DNA from: an uncultured Aquificales bacterium
Lineage (GTDB): Bacteria; Thermosulfidibacterota; Thermosulfidibacteria; Thermosulfidibacterales; Thermosulfidibacteraceae
DNA: 32,585 nt
Direction: 5' to 3'
Assembly: GCA_964453345.1 (NCBI GenBank)
Contig: CAYVOC010000012.1
Coordinates: forward strand, 5,013 to 37,597
This document shows positions 26,345 through 32,585 of the stretch, in pieces (position 1 is the stretch's first letter; every line of letters begins with the position of its first letter). The notes under the pieces are model-generated. The model searched no databases, was not told where the DNA came from, and saw only the letters and a program-made list of their open reading frames with translations. The position numbers were made by a program, and so were the translations under genes.

Positions 26345-27691
26345 ATGTATAGCTACGAGCAGCTTAAAGAATGGGACCTTGCCCATTTCTGGCACCCCTT
26401 CACCCAGATGGCGGAATACGCCCAGAGGGACCCCCTCATCATAGAAAGGGGCGAGGGGGTTTATCTTATCGATGTGCAGGGAAGGCGCTACATAGATGGG
26501 GTATCCTCCCTGTGGGTGAATGTGCACGGGCACAACCATCCAAAGATAAACAGAGCCATAAAGGAGCAGCTTGAGAAAATCGCCCACTCCACCACCCTGG
26601 GCATTTCCAACGTTCCCGCCATTCTGCTTGCCAGAAAGCTTGCAGAGATCACCCCCCATGGACTGACGAGGGTCTTTTTCTCCGACACCGGCGCCTGCGC
26701 CATGGAGATTGCCATAAAGATGGCTTACCACTTCTGGCAGAATCTGGGGGATACTAAGAGGAAGCGCTTTGTGGCGTTGAGAAACGGCTATCACGGGGAC
26801 ACCATAGGAGCCATGAGCGTCGGGGGGATTGATCTTTTCCATGCGGTGTATAAGCCCCTTCTTTTTGAGGCATACTTCGCGCCTTCCCCCTACTGCTACA
26901 GGTGCGAGCTGGGGATGAAGCCTGATACCTGCGGGCTTGCCTGTCTTGAGAAGCTTGAGGAGATTGTTAAGGCCCACAGGGATGAGATATGCGCCATAGT
27001 CTGCGAGTCCACGGTGCAGGCGGCGGGGGGCATGATAGTGATGCCCGAGGGATACATGAGGGGCCTGAGGGAGATTGCGGATAGATACGGGGTGTTGCTT
27101 GTGCTGGATGAGGTGGCTGTGGGCTTTGGAAGAACAGGCAGGATGTGGGGGTGCGAGCACGAGCAGGTGGTTCCTGACATAATGGCTGTTGCCAAGGGGA
27201 TAACGGGCGGGTATCTCCCTGTTGCGGCAACCATAACCACGGAAAGGGTCTATGAGGCTTTCTTGGGGGACTACACGAAGACCTTTTATCACGGGCACAC
27301 CTACACCGGGAATCCCTTGGGGTGTGCGGCGGCTCTTGCAAGCATAGAGCTGTTTGAGGAGGAAAGGACTTTGGAGAGGCTTCAGCCCAAAATAGAGCAT
27401 CTGAAAAGGAGGCTGGAAGAGTTCTGGGAGCTTGAGCATGTGGGGGACATAAGGCAGAAGGGCTTTATGGTGGGAATAGAGCTTGTCAAAGATAAATCCA
27501 CAAAGGAGCCCTATCCCCCTGCAAAAAGGATGGGCTTTGAGGTGATATACAAGGCGAGGGAGAGGGGGGTGGTTATAAGGCCCTTGGGGGATGTTATAGT
27601 GATACTTCCCCCTCTTGCCATAGAGATTGATGTGCTGGATGAGCTTGTTGATGTGGTAAAATGGGCTATTAAAGAGGCAACAGAAGCTTGA
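26345..27691 (+). CDS. bioA: Adenosylmethionine-8-amino-7-oxononanoate aminotransferase
   Basis: [53 protein letters not shown] (PLP Lys), [16 protein letters not shown]. Confidence 0.96.
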   Translation: MYSYEQLKEWDLAHFWHPFTQMAEYAQRDPLIIERGEGVYLIDVQGRRYIDGVSSLWVNVHGHNHPKINRAIKEQLEKIAHSTTLGISNVPAILLARKLAEITPHGLTRVFFSDTGACAMEIAIKMAYHFWQNLGDTKRKRFVALRNGYHGDTIGAMSVGGIDLFHAVYKPLLFEAYFAPSPYCYRCELGMKPDTCGLACLEKLEEIVKAHRDEICAIVCESTVQAAGGMIVMPEGYMRGLREIADRYGVLLVLDEVAVGFGRTGRMWGCEHEQVVPDIMAVAKGITGGYLPVAATITTERVYEAFLGDYTKTFYHGHTYTGNPLGCAAALASIELFEEERTLERLQPKIEHLKRRLEEFWELEHVGDIRQKGFMVGIELVKDKSTKEPYPPAKRMGFEVIYKARERGVVIRPLGDVIVILPPLAIEIDVLDELVDVVKWAIKEATEA

Positions 27692-27702
27692 AGGAGGGAA
27701 GG

Positions 27703-28929
27703 ATGACCATAGAGGAGGAGCTGGAGATAATCACCAGAAACGTTGAGGAGTATATCTCCGAAGAGGAGCTTGTGGCAAAGCTAAAGAAATCAAGGCAAGA
27801 AAAGCGTCCCTTGAGGATAAAGGCGGGCTTTGATCCCACGGCACCCGATCTGCACCTGGGGCACACGGTGCTTTTGAATAAGCTTCGCCAGTTTCAGGAT
27901 CTGGGGCATGAGGTTTACTTCCTCATTGGGGATTTCACCGCCATGATAGGGGACCCCACGGGAAGAAGCGAGGTGAGGAAGGCTCTTACACGGGAAGAGG
28001 TTCTAAAAAACGCCGAAACCTACAAGGAGCAGGTCTTCAAGATACTGGACCCTGAAAAGACGAAGGTTGTCTTCAACTCCCAGTGGCTTGGAAGGATGAG
28101 CGCTGAAGATATGGTGAGACTCACCGCCAAATACACCGTTGCCAGGATGCTTGAGAGGGACGACTTCAAAAAGCGCTTTAGGGAGGGGATTCCCATATTC
28201 ATCCACGAGTTCATCTATCCTCTTATGCAGGGGTATGACTCTGTGGCCTTGGAGGCGGACATAGAGCTTGGGGGAACGGACCAGCGCTTCAACCTCCTTG
28301 TTGCAAGGGATATACAGAGGGAATACGGGCAGGAGCCTGAGGTTATAATGATGCTGCCCATTTTGGAGGGGCTGGACGGCGTTCAGAAGATGAGCAAGTC
28401 TTTGGGCAACTACGTTGGCATAACGGAGCCTCCAAACCAGATGTATGGGAAGCTCATGAGCATAAGCGATGAGCTTATGTGGCGGTATTACCAGCTTCTT
28501 TCAAGCCTTTCCCCTGCGGAGATAGAGAAAAAGAAGAGGGAAGTCCAGGAGGGCCGCTACCATCCAAAGAGGGCCAAGATGGACCTTGCCTTTGAGATAG
28601 TGGCGCGCTTCCACGGGGTGGAGGCGGCGAAGAAGGCTGAGGAGGAGTTTGAGAGGGTTTTCGCCAAAAAAGGGTTGCCGGAGGATATGCCGGAGGTTGT
28701 GATTGTAACCGCCGAGCCTAAGATCAGGCTTGTGAGGATCCTCACCGATTCCCACATGGCCCGTTCCAACGCCGAGGCGAAGAGGCTCATACAGCAGGGA
28801 GGTGTTCGCTGGGACGGGGAGCGCATCACCGATGTGGGCTTTGAAGTGGTGTGTGATGGGAATGAGCATATCCTCAGGGTCGGCAAGAAGAAGTTCTGCA
28901 GGGTGAGATTTGATGTGAGAAATGGGTGA
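27703..28929 (+). CDS. tyrS: Tyrosine--tRNA ligase
   Basis: [34 protein letters not shown]-terminal S4 domain ending VGKKKF; GGAGG SD before ATG 27703. Confidence 0.98.
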   Translation: MTIEEELEIITRNVEEYISEEELVAKLKKSRQEKRPLRIKAGFDPTAPDLHLGHTVLLNKLRQFQDLGHEVYFLIGDFTAMIGDPTGRSEVRKALTREEVLKNAETYKEQVFKILDPEKTKVVFNSQWLGRMSAEDMVRLTAKYTVARMLERDDFKKRFREGIPIFIHEFIYPLMQGYDSVALEADIELGGTDQRFNLLVARDIQREYGQEPEVIMMLPILEGLDGVQKMSKSLGNYVGITEPPNQMYGKLMSISDELMWRYYQLLSSLSPAEIEKKKREVQEGRYHPKRAKMDLAFEIVARFHGVEAAKKAEEEFERVFAKKGLPEDMPEVVIVTAEPKIRLVRILTDSHMARSNAEAKRLIQQGGVRWDGERITDVGFEVVCDGNEHILRVGKKKFCRVRFDVRNG

Positions 28930-29473
28930 ACCTAAAAAGCCTCTTCCGGTTAACCTTATATGTGCTGTGACCTATTCTGAGGGCTTCAACGTTGATGAGG
29001 CCCTCTTTGCCCTTCAGGAGCTCTTTGGCCCCTTTGATCTTGAAAGCGAAAGATACGATTTCAGCAGCTACACGGACTACTACGAACCTGAGATGGGGAG
29101 GGGCCTTGAGAAGTTCTTTCTCTCCTTTGAGAGACTGATAGATCCCGAAAGCATAGCCGAGATAAAACTTGAGACCAACAGCCTTGAGGAGGAGTTTGCT
29201 TTAGGCGGCAGAAGAAGGGTCAACCTTGATCCCGGCTATGTGGGTTCGGCTCAGCTTGTGCTTGCCACCACCAAGGGCTACGCCCACAGGATATACCTTA
29301 AAAAGGGCATATACGCCGAGGTCACCCTCATATACAGAGGGGGAGGCTTCCGTCCCCTTGAGTGGACCTATCCGGATTACAGAAGCGATCTGGCCCTGAG
29401 GTTTTTCGGCAGGGTTAGGAATCTGTATCTTTCAAAGCTAAAAGGAACAAAGGATGCCCACAAGGATCTTTAG
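28922..29473 (+). CDS. DUF4416 family protein
   Basis: [31 protein letters not shown]...[19 protein letters not shown]. Confidence 0.85.
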   Translation: MGEPKKPLPVNLICAVTYSEGFNVDEALFALQELFGPFDLESERYDFSSYTDYYEPEMGRGLEKFFLSFERLIDPESIAEIKLETNSLEEEFALGGRRRVNLDPGYVGSAQLVLATTKGYAHRIYLKKGIYAEVTLIYRGGGFRPLEWTYPDYRSDLALRFFGRVRNLYLSKLKGTKDAHKDL

Positions 29474-30968
29474 CTGTAACATTCTTGGCATTGATCCGGT
29501 GAAGGTAGAGGTTGAGGTGGATGTTCTTCAGGGGCTTCCCGCCTTCAACATAGTGGGGTTGCCCGATGCCTCTGTGAGGGAGGCCAGGGACAGGATAAGA
29601 TCGGCCATAAAGAACAGCAATCTTCCCTTTCCCGTCTCCAGGATCACCGTTAACCTTGCCCCCGCCTATGTGAAGAAGGAGGGGTCCCTCTTTGATCTTC
29701 CCATAGCCTTAGGGATCTTGGCCCAGAAAGAGGTCTTCGAACCAGACCCGCTTAGGGACTTTTTGGTGGTGGGGGAGCTTTCCCTTGACGGCAGGGTGAG
29801 GGGGATAAGGGGGGCGCTGTCCTGCGTTCTGGGGGCTAAAAGCTGGGGCTTCAGGGGGGTTATACTTCCCAAGGAGAATCTGGCTGAGGCTTCTCTGATC
29901 GAAGGGGTTGATCTATACGGGGTGGAGAGCCTTCTTGATGCGGTTGAGGTGGTCCTCGGCAGGAAAAGCCCTGATGATTCGGAGCCGCCTCTGCTTTTTC
30001 CCAATGCCGGGTATCCGGACATGGCCGATGTGGTGGGGCAGCCTGCCGCCAAGAGGGCCGCTGAGATCGCTGCTGCCGGGTGCCATAACTTGTTGCTCTT
30101 CGGTCCGCCGGGGACGGGGAAGAGTCTCCTTGCCTCCAGAATTCCCGGAATACTTCCTCCCATGACCAAGGAGGAGATCCTGGAGACCACCAGGATCTAC
30201 AGCGTTGCCGGTATGCTTGACGGCTTTGTGGTGACCAAAAGGCCCTACAGGTCTCCCCACTCAACCGTTTCCGAGGTGGGCATGATAGGGGGAGGTTCCC
30301 AGCTCAAACCCGGAGAGGTGAGCCTTGCCCACAACGGCGTGCTCTACCTTGATGAGATGCCCGAGTTCAAAAGAAATGTCCTTGAGGCCCTGAGACAGCC
30401 CATGGAGTCCGGATACGTGGTTGTCTCCAGGGCGTCCGGCACCGTCAGGTTTCCTGCAAGATTCATGCTTGTGGCCTCCATGAATCCCTGCCCCTGCGGA
30501 TACTACGGCCATCCCAAAAGGTCATGCAGGTGTTCGGTTCAGCAGATTAGAAAGTATCTCTCCAAGGTTTCGGGCCCTCTGCTTGACAGAATGGACATGG
30601 TGGTTGAGATGCCCCCTGTTGAGTATTCGGATATCAGGGACGCTCAGGGAGAGTCTTCCGAAAGCATAAGGGAAAGGGTAACGAGGGCCCAGGAGATACA
30701 GATAAGAAGACTTGGGAACGAGGTCAGGTTCAATTCCAGAATGGATGTCTCGCAGATCAGGGAGTTCTGCAGGCTCTCCCCTGAGGATGAGCGGCTTCTG
30801 AAAGAGCTTATGGATAAATACCAGATCTCTTTAAGGGGCGTTCACAGGATACTCAAGGTTGCCCGAACCATTGCGGATCTATCCGGATCGGAGTCCATCA
30901 AAAGGGTCCATCTCCTTGAAGCCTTCCAGTATAGAAGGGCGGAAAAGCTGGATCAGGTCTATTTTTAA
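29454..30968 (+). CDS. comM: YifB/ComM family Mg-chelatase-like AAA+ ATPase
   Basis: [24 protein letters not shown], Walker [51 protein letters not shown]. Confidence 0.95.
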   Translation: MPTRIFSCNILGIDPVKVEVEVDVLQGLPAFNIVGLPDASVREARDRIRSAIKNSNLPFPVSRITVNLAPAYVKKEGSLFDLPIALGILAQKEVFEPDPLRDFLVVGELSLDGRVRGIRGALSCVLGAKSWGFRGVILPKENLAEASLIEGVDLYGVESLLDAVEVVLGRKSPDDSEPPLLFPNAGYPDMADVVGQPAAKRAAEIAAAGCHNLLLFGPPGTGKSLLASRIPGILPPMTKEEILETTRIYSVAGMLDGFVVTKRPYRSPHSTVSEVGMIGGGSQLKPGEVSLAHNGVLYLDEMPEFKRNVLEALRQPMESGYVVVSRASGTVRFPARFMLVASMNPCPCGYYGHPKRSCRCSVQQIRKYLSKVSGPLLDRMDMVVEMPPVEYSDIRDAQGESSESIRERVTRAQEIQIRRLGNEVRFNSRMDVSQIREFCRLSPEDERLLKELMDKYQISLRGVHRILKVARTIADLSGSESIKRVHLLEAFQYRRAEKLDQVYF

Positions 30969-30970
30969 GT

Positions 30971-32047
30971 GTGGAGGTGAGGGTGTTCTTTGACAGGGAG
31001 AAGGAGAAGAGGGAGCTGAGGGCCATTCTGTCAGGCGAGCCCAATGTGGTGTGGTTTGTTTACGGCCCTATAAACAGCGGGAAAACCGCCCTGATCAATA
31101 AGGTCATAGAGGAGCTGCCTGAAGATTACAGGGTGTTCTACATAAACTTCAGGGGTTTTGAGGGGGGATACAGAAAATTTACACGGGTTATGTTCAAGGT
31201 GGGTGATGATGGGCTGTGGAGAAGGCTCAGGGAGAGGCTGGATGTAATCTCCGCCGGGGTGGAATACGTTGAAAGGGTGGCCCAGAAGATAAACACAGGG
31301 ATTGTCCTGCCATCGGAGTTTATAAGGCGCCTTCAGGTGGGGGATACTGAAGAGGACAAGGTGGATCTGTTCAACTACCTGGAAGAGCTGATGAAGGGTT
31401 TTAGGAAGAAGAATCTAAAACCTGTGCTGATATTCGATGAGCTTCAGGTGATAAAGGAGGAGATAAACGCAACGGGAAAGCCCCTACTTACGAGGCTGTT
31501 CAACTTCCTCGTGCGTATGACCAAGGAGACCCATCTTTGCCACAGTCTTTGCGCCACGAGCGATTGTCTTTTCATGGAGGATATATGGGAAAATGCGAGG
31601 CTTGAGGGAAGGGTGAAGGGCTTTCTGGTGGATGACCTGTCAAAGGATGGGGCGTATCAGATGTATGAGGGGCTTGGACTGAAGGAGAAAGAGCTTTTGT
31701 GGGAGTATGTGGGAGGTAAGCCCGGGGATATAATAGGCGTGTATGAGGAGGTGAAGAGGGGGCTTTCTGAGAAGGAAGCGGTGGAAAGAGTCTATATGTT
31801 TGAGAAAAACAGGGTGAAGTGGATGGTAAAGAGAGTGAAGGAGGGGGAGGACAGAAGGATAGAGTATGATGAGCTGATTGAGGGATTGAAGGTGTTTAGG
31901 GATAGGGAGGTGGAGACCGGATCAAGCCTTAGGGGAAGGGTGCTGAGGTATCTTGTTGATGAGAATCTGCTTTTTTACGATCCGATAACTGATCTGCTGA
32001 AGCCCCAGAGCAGGCTCATTTTGAGGGCCATAAGAGAGATCGTATGA
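30971..32047 (+). CDS. Archaeal-type (Methanocaldococcus MJ-family / ATPase_2) P-loop ATPase
   Basis: FFDREKE N-terminal motif, Walker A YGPINSGKT, FYINFR, Walker B LIFDELQ, TKE.HLCH..C.TSD.LF, YVGGKP. Alternative start GTG 30983 after GGAGG. Confidence 0.85.
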   Translation: MEVRVFFDREKEKRELRAILSGEPNVVWFVYGPINSGKTALINKVIEELPEDYRVFYINFRGFEGGYRKFTRVMFKVGDDGLWRRLRERLDVISAGVEYVERVAQKINTGIVLPSEFIRRLQVGDTEEDKVDLFNYLEELMKGFRKKNLKPVLIFDELQVIKEEINATGKPLLTRLFNFLVRMTKETHLCHSLCATSDCLFMEDIWENARLEGRVKGFLVDDLSKDGAYQMYEGLGLKEKELLWEYVGGKPGDIIGVYEEVKRGLSEKEAVERVYMFEKNRVKWMVKRVKEGEDRRIEYDELIEGLKVFRDREVETGSSLRGRVLRYLVDENLLFYDPITDLLKPQSRLILRAIREIV

Positions 32048-32403
32048 AGGCATACGCGCCTGAGGATTACATGAAGATGGTTGCGGAGGCCATAGAGGGG
32101 GCGCTTGGAGGGAGAGATCTTCTGATCATCTTCTTCGGTTCGGTGGTCAGGGGAAATTTGAGGAATACTTCAGATGTGGATGTTGGAATTTATGCGGGAA
32201 GATGCTTAGGGACTGAGGAGATCTCGAGGCTTTTGGACAGCTTTGAGTCCCTTCCTATGTTGAGGGATGTGGACTGGGTGGATCTTGCTGGGATTAGGGA
32301 TCCCGACTTTCTGGAGAAGGTCATTGAGGAGGGGCTGGTTTGGAAAGATTCCGGAGGACTTTTGACAGATTTGAGAAGGCGCTTGAGAAATTTAAGGAAG
32401 TAG
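32044..32403 (+). CDS. Minimal nucleotidyltransferase (MNT, MntA-like antitoxin)
   Basis: FFGS-VVRGNLRNTS-DVD matches GSx10DxD; VDWVDL and ..I.EEG..W C-terminal pattern; 119 aa. Confidence 0.9.
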   Translation: MKAYAPEDYMKMVAEAIEGALGGRDLLIIFFGSVVRGNLRNTSDVDVGIYAGRCLGTEEISRLLDSFESLPMLRDVDWVDLAGIRDPDFLEKVIEEGLVWKDSGGLLTDLRRRLRNLRK

Positions 32404-32585
32404 TGGAGGATCAAAGACTTGAGGGATACCTGAGCAGGGATCTGCTGGTGGAGGTTACCGTTAAAAGGTTCGAGTATACCTTTGAGGCCATGTGGAAGAC
32501 CATCAAGGAGTTCTTGAGGACGAGGGGAATTGAGTGCTTTTCTCCGAAGTCCTGCTTTTCGGCTTTGCTTAAGGAAGGGATAATT
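32340..32585 (+). CDS. HEPN-domain protein (HI0074-like nucleotidyltransferase substrate-binding family), 3'-truncated by the window edge
   Basis: Not in the ORF track; translated by hand. TTG at 32340 after GAGGAGGGG gives MERFRRTFDRFEKALEKFKEVVEDQRLEGYLSRDLLVEVTVKRFEYTFEAMWKTIKEFLRTRGIECFSPKSCFSALLKEGII, with the RFEYTFE..WK and SP+..F....G.I family pattern. Confidence 0.87.
   Translation, partial: MERFRRTFDRFEKALEKFKEVVEDQRLEGYLSRDLLVEVTVKRFEYTFEAMWKTIKEFLRTRGIECFSPKSCFSALLKEGII

Noticed and set aside
26285-27439. 384-aa minus-strand ORF
   Set aside because: Shadow of bioA
27660-27703. T-box riboswitch upstream of tyrS
   Set aside because: Only 11 nt separate the bioA stop from the tyrS start, leaving no room for a leader
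29454-30970. Mobile element inserted in or next to comM
   Set aside because: comM is uninterrupted; no integrase, transposase or att-like direct repeat was seen in the window
1-32585. CRISPR arrays, tRNA/rRNA genes, tandem repeats, frameshifted pseudogenes
   Set aside because: All intergenic gaps are about 110 nt or less, and none shows such structure; recognised genes appear full length. Judged by eye, so small RNAs inside genes cannot be excluded.

Overview
Gene-dense chromosomal region, almost all on the + strand, from a probably thermophilic diderm bacterium. The lineage is inferred only from Glu/Lys/Arg-rich proteins, futalosine-pathway genes and archaeal-type accessory genes; an Aquificota/Thermosulfidibacter/Desulfobacterota-like organism is plausible. 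Left part: partial mqnB, then yceD-rpmF-plsX-fabH-fabK-fabD-fabG-acpP-fabF-rnc-mqnD. Next is the only minus-strand unit, comF-rsmE. It is divergent from a dihydroorotate-dehydrogenase-like flavoprotein gene, which is followed by a GGDEF cyclase, aroA and recG. A secreted pentaheme cytochrome c with a terminator comes next. After it is an uncharacterised two-gene envelope module: a TPR + CsgG-like lipoprotein and a 967-aa DUF799-like/FN3/beta-helix mosaic protein. Then a trehalose cluster (fused TPS/TPP, DUF5752-like protein, TreT), bioA, tyrS, DUF4416 and yifB/comM. At the right edge are an archaeal-type ATPase, a minimal nucleotidyltransferase and a HEPN gene (missing from the ORF track) that runs off the window. 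No rRNA, tRNA, CRISPR array, integrase or transposase was recognised. The best candidates for undescribed systems are the envelope pair (17278-22201), the ATPase-MNT-HEPN cassette and the TPSP-DUF5752-TreT operon. A compact bidirectional, apparently leaderless promoter is visible at 10309-10357. All family assignments are by motif recognition, without database searches.
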